Source: Phaeosaccion multiseriatum (lineage: Eukaryota > Protista > Ochrophyta, other classes). Taken from it: DNA of 64,000 nt. Location: the NCBI GenBank assembly GCA_965112735.1, contig OZ218952.1:2604001-2668000 (forward strand), read 5' to 3'. A program made the translations under genes and the position numbers. Of this stretch, positions 11,739 to 24,568 are shown piece by piece; the stretch's first letter is position 1, and the number at the start of each line of letters is the position of its first letter. The notes beneath the pieces are model-generated. The model was not told the origin of the DNA and did not search any database. It saw only the letters and a program-made list of their open reading frames with translations.

Positions 11739-13462
11739 ATGAGCTCTGTCGTTAGTGTACGAGAATGTCACTATGGAACACTGCAAGGAGGGGATGCAGT
11801 GCATCGCGTTGACCTCCTGGTGCTGCCATCGCCCACACAATCCGCCCAACCCGCGCCGCTCTTTCAAGTAAGCTTGCTCACATACGGCGCTACAATCCTC
11901 TCTGTTCAAACCCCGGACAGACAGGGACGAGTGCAGGAGGTGACGCTTCAGCACGACACATTGGCCCTCATTAGCGACGAGGATGAGCGCAGCACCAAGG
12001 CTTATAATGGCGCCATTTGTGGCAGAGTGGCGAACCGCATGGCTCATGCCAAGTGCAAGCTGAACGATAGAGGTACGGTCCTTTCTTTTTTCCTCATTGG
12101 CTGAGGTGAGTATGTATGACGGGGGCTGTGTGGTCCTATTTCGCATCGCTGGGGTCCATTTTGTTGTTCCACCGTATTCTCCTCTCTCTCTCTCTCTCTC
12201 TCTCTCTTCGTTTCAGAGTACTCTTTCCACGCGAACAACGGACCAAACTCGCTCCACGGCGGCAGGCTAGGCTTCGATAAAAAGGTCCGTCCATACTCAC
12301 AGTAGACTTCCAGTATATCAATCTTCCTTCAGCGGCTCAGTCAGCCGAAATACGGTCCATATCCATGGTTCCTTGGGGCCATCTGGACGACACAGTTTGC
12401 GAGTTGGTTGGTACCTAGGCCCTCTGGCTCACGCTTCGTATCGCAATCTGCTTCCGACCCCAGGTATGGGGCTATAGCATTCTGCCCGAGGGCGATGGAG
12501 TATCCTTCACCTACAGGAGCGCGGATGGTGAAGAGGGCTACCCCGGAACACTCGACGTCGAGGTGCAGTACAGAGTACACGCTCGGGCTGAGGAAGGAGG
12601 AGGAGGGGCAGCAGCAACAGCAGCAGGAGGAGGAGGAGGAGAGGGAGGCGGCCCCACTGTTTTTTACCTCTCCACGGATTATCGGGCAAAGAATGTCGAT
12701 GCAGAAGGCAAAGACACTGTGGTCAACCTGACCAACCACGCCTACTGGAACCTCAGCGGTGACTGCCAACGGAGGATACATAACCATATTCTGGACCTGG
12801 GCTGCAGCCGCTATCTGCCCGTGGATGATACGAGCATTCCTACCGGCGAGATGTTGCCCGTCGAAGGGACGGCCTTTGATTACCGAGTACGGCCGAGTAG
12901 CTGCTGCAGCAGTAGTAGCGGCGGCAGCGAGGCCTCCGCGGGGGGCAAGGCTCTGGCGAGGGCTATAGAGCAGATCGATGGCGGTGGAAAGCCCGGCTTG
13001 GATCACTGCTTCGTGGTGGATGCTACGGAGGAGGATGGCGCCTCAGGGCATGACTCTGGGAGGGGGGCGGCACTGCACCAAGACCCATGGCCGATGAGTG
13101 GTGATGATGAGGGAAACCCTGCCAACAAGAATCAGAAGCAGCTGCCGTTTGTGGCTCGGTTAGAGGACCCCACCAGCGGCCGCGTCATGGAGATGCGGGG
13201 GAGCCACCCCGGGGTTCAGGTGTACACGGCCAACTGGATGCCCGAGGAGCCTGTTGGGGACCAAAGCAGCAGCAGCAGCAGCAGCAACCTTTACACCCAT
13301 GTACAATGGGGGGGGGTAGCATTGGAGCCTCAGCAGTTTCCGAACGCCGCCAACACGGAGGGGTGGAGGGACAGCGTCTTGCTACCGGCAGGGGGGGCGG
13401 GATACTCGGAGCGCTGTGTCTACAGATTTACACAGAGCACGTCACAGACACCGACGGGCTGA
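11739..13462 (+). CDS. GALM: Aldose 1-epimerase (galactose mutarotase); spliced
   Basis: TYGATILS, GAICGRVANR, NNGPNSLHGG (12235-12262), DGEEGYPGTL, VNLTNHAYWNLSG, IPTGE, GLDHCF, PGVQVYTAN and LEPQQFPNAAN. Confidence 0.92.
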
Positions 13463-13995
13463 GAGGAGGAGAAGATGAGTCTGTGTTGTGTGTTTGTCAT
13501 GAGCGTATGTCGGCTTATTGGCTTGTCGGGCAGGCAGGGCAGGGCAGGACCGGCAGCTTACCTTTGACTCAATCCCCGGAAAATTGAACGCGCGCATTGG
13601 CCCACTCTCGTCACCACACATGCGCGCGTGCATTCACGTATTCACTAACGCCACCAGCAGTCACGCACGCACTCACACATACCCAAACGGCTCACTTTGA
13701 TGAGGACTCCTGCTACAGTACGTATGACACGCGTTCTTCAAAAGTACAGCCACCTCCAGTCAGTGTCAGTGTTCGGCGGGTGAGGGAGTGAGAGAGTGAG
13801 GGAGTAGGTAGGGGCACTTGATTCGGCCTTCCCTGGCCTAGGCCTAGGGCTAAGGCCGCCAGGTGTGCCTGGGGCCGACTAGAGATGTCGATGAACCTCG
13901 ACATCATCGTTGAAGGATTCGCTCTGGACTGTGTCACCATAGCAGGCCAGCAGGCCTCTATAAATGCGAGTCTTCCTTCAAGACCTCTCTACAAT

Positions 13996-14747
13996 CTAAT
14001 CACTCAAGGTCTTTCTCCGCTTCGAAGCTGTGGTGAAGCTCGCGTCGTCCGTAAGTTGCCTACCCTCCAGCAGGCCGGCGCCCCCCCTACCCCCCTCCCC
14101 GGCCGCCCGCTTCTCTTCCCCACTCCCCTCCCCCCCCTCCCTCTCCTCCTCTACCGCACCAACCACTGATGAAGACGATGCCTTCCGCTTCTCTCCCAGC
14201 ACAGTCGCAGACACGGCTCTGGGCAGTTGCATGGCCACGAAATGCCCCTCCTCCAAGCCCGTCTGCAGCGGCGTGTCTAGCAGCGCGGTCACCAGCCTCC
14301 TTGCCGCAGCCACAGCCAAGCCGCCCCTCTGCATCGCGAAGGGGTGCGGTGAAGGCATGTTGGTGAGCACAAGGCTTGTAATCGTCGTCCGTGGTGGTGT
14401 GGGTGGTGTTGTGGATGTTGTTGTGGATGTTGTTGTTGGCGTCTGGTGCGGGCCGGCGCTTGTTGTTGACTGTCGACACGCCATTTTCGATGGAGGAACC
14501 AGGGATGTAAAGTAAGGTCGGCATTTCCGAGTCTCCTCTGCCTTTTGTTCGTCCTCCTCCTGTTGGTCTCTTGGTGTGGGCGGATGGCTGGGCCCAAGTC
14601 TCATATTTGCATCGTCTTGTGGTCTTGCCCCTCCGCTCTCACTCGCCCCGCCACGGCTGCTTTCCCCGCTGCTGCTGCTGCTGCTGCTGCTGCCGCCACC
14701 ACTGCGACTGCTATTACTACTTCTACTCCTACTACTCCTACTGCTGC

Positions 14748-14780
<33 letters not shown>

Positions 14781-16215
14781 TATTGCTCATGGTTGCAGTG
14801 GTGGTAGTGCAATCCAGTGCCTCACTTGCCTCCTCTCGGCTGATGACTTGCTCAGGCACTGACATGAAGCTGATGTTGAGGATGCGGCGGCAGTCCTCCT
14901 TGTCCTGGGGAACGGCCCACAAGCCATCTCTGTCCTGCACCCCGCCGTCCACGAGCACGCCTTGGGGGTGCCACACTGGGAGGGGAGGGGAAGGGAGAGA
15001 CACATCATACAGTCTTGGTTAGCAAAGACACCAGCGCGGGGCAGAGAAGGAGGTGATGATGGCAGGTGCCTCGGCTGTCTGTCCTCCAACCGGCTTACCT
15101 GGAGCAAAGAGCAAGGGAAACGTGCAGCTCGCTCTGAGGGCCGGAGCCAGACGCCCTGTTTTGATGATGCGGGTACACAAGCGGGAGACGTCATAGCCCG
15201 TCACGGCGCAGGGAATGGGGCACTGCTCGAACGTCCGCACCCCCGCCGGCAGCTCTTTCTGTCACGACAAGTATTGCACGAAGCGGAAAGGATGGTTGAT
15301 TTATCAGTCAGTCAGTCAGTCAGTCAGTCAGTCAGTCAGTCAGTCAGTCAGTCAAAGATTGAGTCCACGGGGTAACTTTCCCAGTGGTTGGCTTCACTTC
15401 CAAACCCACAAACTAACACATTCAACAACTCACGTGCCCGTACCTCAATCAGTTTCTCAAAGAGCTTGCCCCGCAGTAGTCCCCCCAGCCCAGGTGGGTC
15501 CCAAAAGTCGTTGCGCCGGAACTTCAAAACGGTGTCGACCATGACCTATGTGGAGATGCAGGACAGGTAGGATGGAGAGCCATGAATGATACACAACACA
15601 TGCAACAGGATATGAACGCCTCTGTTGAGGTTCTGGAGAGTGCGGTAACTACCACAATGCTGATGCGATCCGCACCTCACAGTTCATGCCGGAGGCTACG
15701 AATCCAGCAACCAAAGCACCGGCGCTCGCTCCGCCTGCGAAGCTCACATTCTTGATCAGCCCCGCCTCCTCCAAGGCCAGAGCAGCCCCCATGTGAGCAT
15801 AGAAGCCAAAGAAGCCGGGAGCCATGGCCAGGGCAAACTTGCCGTCCTGAAGCCATTCTCGAAGAGTGGGCAGCTTGGTTGTCTTTGCATGGAGGTCACC
15901 GACATCATCGGCACCATCATCATCATCATCATCGTCATCATCGGCACCAGTGGCTTCAACATCAGCAGAGGGCCCTTGCGAGGGAGCATCTACCCCTTCC
16001 TCCTTGTCCTCCACTCTTACTTCTCTTTTTGTATTCTTTGTGGGACTGGCCTGCTGCAGAGAAGGAATTGCGCCTTCTTCCAGCTGTTTAAACTCCTCCA
16101 CTGGGTCCAGCAGGTCGTCTACGGCGCTCAGGATGCTGTGGCTCCGGCCAAAACCATCAGCATCAACAACAGGGATATTATCCTTCGCTTCGTCCATCCC
16201 CTCCCTGTCAGGCAT
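13996..16215 (-). CDS. Patatin-like phospholipase; 4 exons
   Basis: Oxyanion loop APGFFGFYAHMG, nucleophile GASAG, ASCTFPLLFAP and DGG motif (VLVDGG). Exons join at GT-AG sites. Confidence 0.88.
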
Positions 16216-17100
16216 CTTGATCTTTATGGTAACGTCATTCTCTCCTTATAGCGAGCACGCTTTCCTCTCTCCAACAGAGATCGTAATGGAGAGGCTATTA
16301 GAGAAAGGAGAAAAGGGAGGGAATAAAAGGAATAAGATTAAAAGGGCCGTTCGTGACTTTTTTTTTTTCATTTTTTTTGTGCTACAATTGTAAAAAGGGC
16401 AAAAGGTAAAATGTCGAGTAGAGCGAGTTTATGAGCCGATGGTATCGAAAAACTACCTTTCTCGAGCAGGGAAGGAAGTGTACAATGTCGACAGCTGGAA
16501 AGAGAAAACGGACGCTTAGGAGGCAGGGGCATGCGTGTCGACTGACGCAAAGGCCCAAAGGCCTACGTACGAGGCTCACCCCGCCGGGGTATCCAGGGGT
16601 ACAAGGAGTCAGCCCTAAGCAACCACTACTGTGGAAAGAAAAGGAGGCGACGCGAGTTCAGCGTCCCAAGAGTTGTAGCAAGTGCCGAAGAGCTCAGCGC
16701 GGTAAGGACAGCAAAGGGGCAGCCCAGCAGTTCACCGCGCGGAAAGGGCTGGCAGCGACAGCCTAAGCTTCCCCACCCGCCCGGCCCGGGGGGACTGGTG
16801 GGATTATCGGGAATCCATCGGGGTGGATGGGAGTCAGGGCGAGGCAGACGTGTATGCTTTGTTTTGGCGGACTGTGATAGCTACCGAAAACCGAAAACAG
16901 TTCCATTTCTTCCCCCTGTGTGCTCAAATCTGTACCAAAATTTCCGGGGCACACGACCCTGGAAATTCACAGGAAGTACCAAGAAAAGTCGAATCCGGGC
17001 GAGATGGGCCATATTTGAATTCGTCTCGCAAGAGCGGCGGTACAGGCTGGCTGTTCGTCCAGCCCTAACAGGGGGAAGTATCACGACGTGTTCTTGCACC

Positions 17101-18447
17101 TCACCCTCCGTGAGCTAGACGGCAGCCCAAGTGTTGAGTGCCTCCGGTGACTGCTCGCCTGGCGGCAAGCGGAGAAGGAACCGTAAGTGCTTGGTCTCTC
17201 CTTTCTTCCACTTCTGGGTCACGCCCACAGGCGACCACCTCGCCGCCGCGCTGTCTACGACGTTGGAGCCATGTTGTGGATAGTCGTCGACCACAAAGGC
17301 CTGTTTTGGGCAACACGCAGCTCTCATTGCACTCACGGCAGACGCGCCGACGAGGGGGTGGGCACGGAGATTCTTCCCGCCGATGGTGATGATCCCCGCG
17401 TTCTTCTCCTCGCAGAAGGTCTTGAAGACGCAACGGTCATGGCAGAAGAGCACTCGTTCCAGCTCTCTACCACCCACAACGGCCGGCAGCAGCCTGTCAG
17501 CCAGCAAGCACAGCTACGCGCCGATCTTGGTCCTCTCCCAACCAATGGAACCTGCGACGCGATGCGCACACACGAGAGTCGGAGGGTGTATGGAGTCGGA
17601 ACACTCGGGCAAAGGATACGGCGCCCACAAAAATCCGCTCCCCCCCTCCCCTTCTTGTGTCGCTCAGCCCCTCCCCCCCCTTTTCCTCAGTGACCGCCTC
17701 TACCGAGTGCGCCTTCCGCACACAAAGGTACCCACATACACTAACCTGACGGCGAGGTACATGCGGAAAATACTGTGGGCGAGCGCGTCGTTGCAGCGGG
17801 CCTCCCTGCCTCTCTCGCCGCCTTCATTTTACGGTCCCGACATGCGTTCATCTCATCGTCACAGACAATACTCTGGCTTGAAGAGGTAGTCTTTTGCCAT
17901 CACCAATGCGGCCTGTTCGAATTCGTCCAGGAGATGCGGAAGGTCCACCTGACTGTCCCAGGTGCTGCCTGAGGGCTGGCGGAGAGCGGCGTGGGCAGGA
18001 GGATTCACAGTGAGCAACGACAGGAGTGAGGAGAGCAGATGAAAAAGGAATCGATACGGGGTTACGCGCGCCCACGTCCACGCACGCAGCCAGTCCAAAG
18101 CAGCGCACTGCACACATCAACTCGAAAAAAGGCCCTCGGCCTACTCACAGCTGCTCTGTCAGCCTTGAACACGCTGCCAGATGAAGTCAACATGAAGCGC
18201 TCCAGCGTCACAGGAAGGAGTGGTGTTCCGCTAATTTCGCCAGGTCTTCGAAGGCGGTGGCCATCGAAACCTTTATGGTGCCCAGGTGCACCAGCCAGAT
18301 AAGTGAGCAACCCATTGCAGCAACACACCTCCTCGCTGCTGACGGAATCCTCAACGAGAGGCCGACGTTGGTATCATCACACAAGACAGGGATGAGGCGC
18401 CTCATCATGGTCATGGTCCTCAGCACGTTTCCCGGACGGCCATCCAT
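17101..18447 (-). mobile_element. Degraded DDE transposase relic (IS630/Tc1-mariner-like, HDE-type)
   Basis: Broken frames: LGTIKVSMATAFEDLAKL (HTH-like), RFHWLGEDQD and ELERVLFCHDRCVFKTF. These resemble, from memory, the VLxxHDESxF first catalytic Asp of fungal/stramenopile Tc1-like transposases. Multiple stops and frameshifts. Confidence 0.4.
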
Positions 18448-18538
18448 CTCGCCCGTCCGGAGGGCGGTGCAGATTTAAAAAAACAAACAAACGAAACGGT
18501 CATTGACATATTTTTTCTATATTTTTTCTCCACCACAG

Positions 18539-21046
18539 ATCCAGATCATCGATCATCAAAAGAAAGAGAGACTGGACCTGCTCTGGACGAGGCGGAGGGT
18601 GCTGCGGCAAGAGGCACCAGGCCCACCAGCAGGACGAGCAGTCTCGAGCACGTTCCACCTGCAGGTGACGCTGGCAAGGTCGTGCCCCCTCTCTCCATTG
18701 AGGATGGTGGCTCTGAAGCGCAGCCGACTCCAGCCGCTCTCAAGCCCAAGCTGGATCAGAAGGGGCCAAGGAGGAGGATGGGGGAAGTGTCGCTGGAGTC
18801 GTCCGAGGACGCCTCTGAAGGCAGCAACGACCGCCAGTATCAGAGCATAAAGGAGGATGACGAGGACGACGAGAAGAGCTTGCAGGGGAGGGTCTCATCG
18901 TCCAAGGCGCGGAGGAGAGCGCGCAACAAGTAAGCCGAGGCATTGGGGGAGGTAACCATTGCATTTGTACTTTGTGCTTTGTGTATGTCGTCCACCCTCC
19001 AACACACACGGGGGCTACTTACGGACCCTCTACCTCCGACGGATGCCCTGAAGTGAGCTTCAACCTTGGAGCAGACAGGCGGAGGGTGGGGGACGGAGGC
19101 GTATTCCCACCTGCCGCCTTTCTTCACTGTGTGATGTGTGAAAGCAGGGCCCTACCTCTCTTTCCCTTTTCATGCGCCCTCGTTCTCATTTCCTCCGCCC
19201 TCGAATGGCCAACACGTGCAGGGGGGCGTGGTAGAGGCGGCTGGAACGACCACGACGACGACCGCGAAGCCCACGAAGACGATGCCCATCACACTCCGTA
19301 CAAGACGTAAGACCTCCCTTCTCAGCAAGGGTAGAGGCTTCCTTCGAGGGAACATGTCCGGCGGCCGCGGCCGTCAGAGCAGTGGCAATGGCAACAATAG
19401 CCACACCAGTACCATGAAGAGGACAAGCAGCAACAGGAGCAGTCGCAGCCCCAGTCGCAGTAGGAGTAGGGGCAGGCAGTAGGAGCAGAGCGAGACTGGG
19501 CGGGGAGGGGGTGGAGGGCGTCTCCGACGACGACTCACACACGAGCGCTGCTCAGCTCACCGAGGCTACCCTGGACAGTGGTGCTTCTGCAGCGGAGGAG
19601 AGTGGGCCGGAGGGGGGGGGGCACCGTGGTGAGGGGACTCGAAAGCCCGGGTAGGCCTGCGCTCGCGCCTCCTTGCAGGGAAGCAAATAGTGCTTAAGAA
19701 GACAAAGGTAAGAGAGACGGAGGGAGGGAGGTAAAGTGCCCGGGAAGAAGCTATCCAGACGGCGGTGGTTAGGATAGCTGGGACAAAGGCTGGGAAGAGC
19801 AGAGTGCGCAAAAGTGGAGGTCGCTCCCTTCCATCCCTTCCGTGCTTACTTACTTCCCGAGCCATCTGTCTTTCCTCGCCCCTTCGCTTCCTCTTTCCCT
19901 CCCCTCCCCCCCCCCCCGCCCTCTTTCCCTCCCTCCCCTCCTCCCCTCCCCTCCCCTCCCTCTCTGTCCTGTGTGTCCAGAGCAAGGCGGGGGGCCTCCG
20001 CCCCTTGCAGTCCGACAGCTCCTCGTCGGATTGTTCCGCGGTGAGCTCCGACGACTCAGACCATCAGGGCGAGCAAGTCGATGCTTAGGGAAAGCCCATT
20101 CGGCGAGGGGGTGACGAAGAGGGGGGCGGGGGCGGAAACGTAAACGACGAAGACGGTGATGCAGGAGGCAGCAAGAGGAAAAGCACAAGCAGTAGGCACA
20201 GCGCAAGAGCCAACAGCAGGAGCAGCCACAGCCGCGCCAGTCGTAGTAGCAGCACGGGCAGGACGAGAAGAACGACGGCGAGCGACGGTACCCATGCCTC
20301 CACCCCTGGGGGGGGGCGGCAGGCCGTGTTGGGCTATCCACTCTCCTGCTCGATAGGTGCGTGTGTTTGCTGTCATCTGTGATTACTCTCCTGCTGTATC
20401 ACCACCGGCTGCTGTTGCTGCTTGTCTTGCTCTTGTCGTGACCTGAGCCCATGCATCAATTCCTCCCTCCCTCTCGTCCCTCCCCCTCCCCTTCCCTCCC
20501 CTACAGTGTCGTCAGCTCACCGCTGTCGGCCTTGGCTCAAGCTGGGCAGAGCCTAAACGAGAGACGAAGAGCCTTCGAGCAGCAATCACTCATGTGAATG
20601 CTTGACGACGCCGCGTATCAAGTCTTTGCCCCTTTCGTGGCGGAGGACCATTCACCAGAATGGGGTTGCGACCCCAACCGTCATCACTGGAATGGACCTG
20701 TGATGGCAGTCTCTGCTCATCTAGAGAAAGGAGAGGAAGGGGAAGAACAGAAGCAGACGGGTCTGTCCGTGGCTTTAGCGGAGGCGAGAGGCACAGGAGA
20801 ATGGACGAGGTGGAGGAGGTGGGCGAGGTGGAGGAGGTGGACACGCACCACCCCAATGTGGCCCAAATGATGTCATCACGCTCAAGGTCGGGGGAATTGA
20901 GTCGCATGGAATGGACTCACGAATAGTGAAGCCTATGGTGAGGATTCACTTGGTGGATGCGGAGACGGGGCGCGATTTGGCCAAGAGAACGGAGGGGCGG
21001 AGTGGAGGAGGGGGCAACATGCGCGGTGGAGGAGGAGAAGGGCACA

Positions 21047-21081
<35 letters not shown>

Positions 21082-22351
21082 AGGAGGAGGAGGAGGAGTT
21101 GGGGGCGACCCTTCTACTAGCAGGGGGGCAGCAGCCGCAGGGTGGGAAGAGGAGACTCAGTGATAGGAGGGGCGGGGGAAGTGGAAACCTAAACCTCAAC
21201 CGTTACCTCGACGATGACTTCGAATGGAGAGGTCCTTGGAGGGTAGCCAGAGCGATGAGTACGACGACGACGACGATGATGATGATGATGACTACAGCGG
21301 AGGGGGTGGAGGGTCACACACGTGGAGCAGGAGGAGGAGGAGGAGGAGGGGAGCTCGGCAAGCGGAGGAGGAGGGGGACGGCTTCGCCGAGGAAGAGCCC
21401 TGGGGGACAACGACGGCGTGGGGGGGGGGGGGTAAGGAGAGCGACGGATTGAGTGGGTGCTTGGGTGGGTCGGTGGGTGCGTGAGTGGGTGATGAGTGAG
21501 TGACTGAGTGACTGAGGGAAAACTTTTCCCTCCTCTCCCTCTCCCCCCCTCCCTCCCTGAGAGCACCACCTGTTGGCGTTACAGCAACACAGGTAGCCTC
21601 ATGTCCCCACCGGACACCTGCTCGCTGTTACAGACCATTCCCCCTGTCTCCACACGACCGTGTGTCATGCAGTCTCGCTCCTGCGCCCCTTGGTGAGTAA
21701 GTCCGCAATGAGAGAGGGAGGGAGGGAGTGCCGTAAGTCAGATGGTGAGCGAGTGAGTATGTTAGTGAGAAGGTGAGTGAGTTTGATTTGTGCCTCTCCC
21801 TCTGCCCCTCTCCCTCTCCCTCATCCTCTGCCCTCCCTCCCTGCCCTGTTTCTTTGCCTTTCCCGCTGCCCTGCCCATGCACCTCTACCCTTCCCTGCCC
21901 TGGCCATAGGAAGAAAGGGGGCAGGGGAAGGCGATGCGGCCGCAGCATGGGCAGCATCGGCAGCAGCAGCAGCAGTAGCAGCAGCGAAAGGCCAGGGAGA
22001 TGCACTGTCGCACTCGCAGACGCGGCCGGGAAGGGGGGCAACGGTGCCAAAGCGGCAAAGAAGCACAAGCGGCGGGAGCGGCGGCAAGCGGAGAAGGACA
22101 GGGGGGGGGGGGGGGAGAGCAACGAAGAAGCGAAGACGGCCCTGGCTCGTCTGACTCCAGCGAGGGTGCGTTTTACCCACCCGACGGCAGCGGAGACGAC
22201 AGGAGGTGGAAGAAGCGGGGGGCGCAGAAGGCGAGGGGGCAGGTCGGAGGGGCCATTCTCCTCCTCGCCTTCCACTGTACTTGTAAATGTACTGTACTAT
22301 CCTCGTCTTCGCCTCTCTCCTCCAGGGACACCGGCATGTGTGTCCGGCTAA
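18539..22351 (+). pseudogene. AHI1: AHI1/jouberin-like pseudogene: low-complexity N-terminus plus partial C2-like region, no WD40 part seen
   Basis: DSRIVKPMVRIHLVDAETG, IPPVSTRP...APW and PSTVLVNV recall AHI1 motifs (HPMVKIHVVD..TG, PIMTQP..W, YPSTLYVTV). Splice sites are retained. In-frame stops at 19480, 20086 and 20595, plus frameshifts. Confidence 0.55.
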
Positions 22352-22567
22352 ATTATCTATCTCGTTTACTTCCATGTAACCCTTTCCCCGCATGGGTCCG
22401 CGAGCCTTACTTCTTCCATCAAGAAATTGCTTACTTAACTTCGTTACGTAATAAGTGAACACGTCCTCTCAATTCGAACCCTTGAAGTTTGTTGGGAGGG
22501 CATGCACCCACACCACTCAGTTCACAAGGAGAAGAGGAGGAGGAGCACGAGGTGAGCCACGGGAATG

Positions 22568-23680
22568 AGTGTAGCACTCCAATACGCAGGCCGGGGAAGG
22601 GGGTGAATATTCCTACTTGTCTCTCTCTCTGTGTGTGTATTTACGCCATGCGGAGCTGCGGAGGAGCAAGACTGCCCTCGCTCCGCCCGCAGCTCCGCAG
22701 CTTAGAGTCGTGTGTAGCACTCCAGTACGCAGGCCGGGGAGGGGGTGGGGTGAATATTCCTACTTGTCTCTCTCTCTGTGTGTGTATTTACGCCATGCGG
22801 AGCCGAGCTGCGGGCGGAGCGAGGGCAGTCTGTCGTGAGCGCTGTGGAGCAAGACTGCCCTCCGCCCGCAGCCAGCTCCGCAGCTTAGAGTCGTGTGTAG
22901 CACTCCAGCACGCAGGCCGGGGGGGGGGGCGGGGGTTAGTGGTCCTACTTTGTCTCTGTGTGTGTACGCCATGCTGCGGGCGGAGGGCAGGCTGCCCACG
23001 ACAAACGACGGACGACTGACTCATCCCGTGCCCCACTGTGTCACGTGCAATCCACCCCCCAGGTCGTCAAGTGCGGCCGTTAGGCTCCTCCTCCTCCCCC
23101 TCCGCCGCCTTCACCGACCACGAGGTAAGAAGCTATCGGAAGAGTGGCTGGAGTCGTGTGTAGTAGCATTCGAGAGCACGCAGCCACGCCAGCCAGGCCA
23201 TGCTGCCTGCGGCCGGAGCCGGACGACAGACGACGGACGACTGACTTATCCCATGCTCCGCTGTCACGTGCAATCCACCCCCCAGGTCGTCAAGCAAGCG
23301 CGGCCGTCTGCATCATGTATTGTAGCGGAGTAGTGTAGGCTATTAGCCCCCCCACACACCCACTCACACAGGTGCCACACGGCACTGCAGGAGCGGGCGC
23401 CGTCCCCGCACACACACACACCGGGATGCGGGGAGACGGCGCGTCAGCATCCTGACCTGTTGGTGGGGGCAAGTATTGTAGCTAGCGGAGTAGTGCAGTT
23501 TTAGTTAGGCTTAGGCCCCAGGTGCCACACGGCACTGCAGGAGCGGGCGCCGTCCCAGCACCGGAGCAACCCATTGAGACTGCGACGGGGTCAAAACAAC
23601 ACCGTATTTAAGATCGCGAGCTCTGGGAGCGCAAGGTCGGGGCGGCCGTCAGCATCCTGACCTGTTGGTGGGGCAAGGAG
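22568..23680. repeat. Complex nested tandem/dispersed repeat array
   Basis: A ~140-180 bp unit (gtgtagcactcc..cgcaggccgg..cctacttgtctctc..tacgccatgc..gcagcttagagtcgt) occurs about 3 times. A ~70 bp unit recurs at ~23006 and ~23233. caggtgccacacggcactgcaggagcgggcgccgtccc occurs at 23369 and 23519. gtcagcatcctgacctgttggtgggg occurs at 23443 and 23648. Confidence 0.9.
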
Positions 23681-24568
23681 GTACTTTTTTAGCAACGAAA
23701 TTGGAACCCGCCCCAGCGCAGTCCTCAGAGACGTAAGGCGCCGGGGACCTATCGAGGTTCCAACGCGGGGGGGAGTCCATCCTACTCCCCCACTAATCCG
23801 CGTAGGCGATTTCCTTTTTTTCCCGAAAAAGGAAATTGGGTGACCATTTTTGTCACACGATAAGAATGGGCCTAACACGCGACAACCCCCACCCATCCTT
23901 CTCCCCCCTCTCCCCTCCCTTCTCTTCCCTACACCGTATTCCCGCGTCTCTTGCCGTAACGCATTTACCACCCCCTTTTGATGCGCGGACCTTGCTTTTG
24001 CTGGTCGATTCGAAGAGCTCCAACCAGCACCGACGGCAACACAGCGGCAAGAGAGGGGCTACCACGCACGCACGCACACACGCACACACGCACTCTGGCG
24101 CTCCCTCCAGCCTCACGGCCAGCAGGCGGGCCTGTTGAGCAAGGCCTGAAGGCGAAGGGCCTGCTCCAGCTTGGGAAGGCGCACCATAGGCAAGCGCCAT
24201 CAACGTTCCTCCAGAGTCACCCCTCTAAGGCGTCCTCAGCCACGGCCTGCCCTGCCGCTCATTCCAATCAAGAGACCAGAGATGGTGTTTATCTATATTG
24301 AACAAATACTTGCTCTCCACCCTCCTTCTATTTTACCTCCAGCCAGCGTAGGGTTTCTCAATGCTTCGGGTGGAGGTCGGCTGTCACCGCTTCCCCGCCT
24401 CTGCCCCACCCACCCACACACTCCCCTCAATTCGCCCTCCCCTCTCCCTAAGGTACAGAAAGGCACCCGCCACTCCAGCCTCCCGTCCGCACAGTGCCCC
24501 AACACACTGCAGAGCAAACCAAAAGAACGAACGTCTCAACATGTCCAAAGCAAAGCTCAAAAGCTCCC

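Noticed and set aside
19480-20597. In-frame TAG/TGA as stop-codon reassignment or selenocysteine
   Set aside because: Intact genes here end at TAG (threonine dehydratase, PPR, PKG) and TGA (GALM, CTF8), and the same locus also has frameshifts. Pseudogenisation explains it better.
22568-23330. Possible CRISPR-like array
   Set aside because: Units are long and degenerate with no unique equal-length spacers, there are no cas genes, and the context is eukaryotic.
23500-23520. ttaggc repeats as a telomeric relic
   Set aside because: Only two units, which is not significant.
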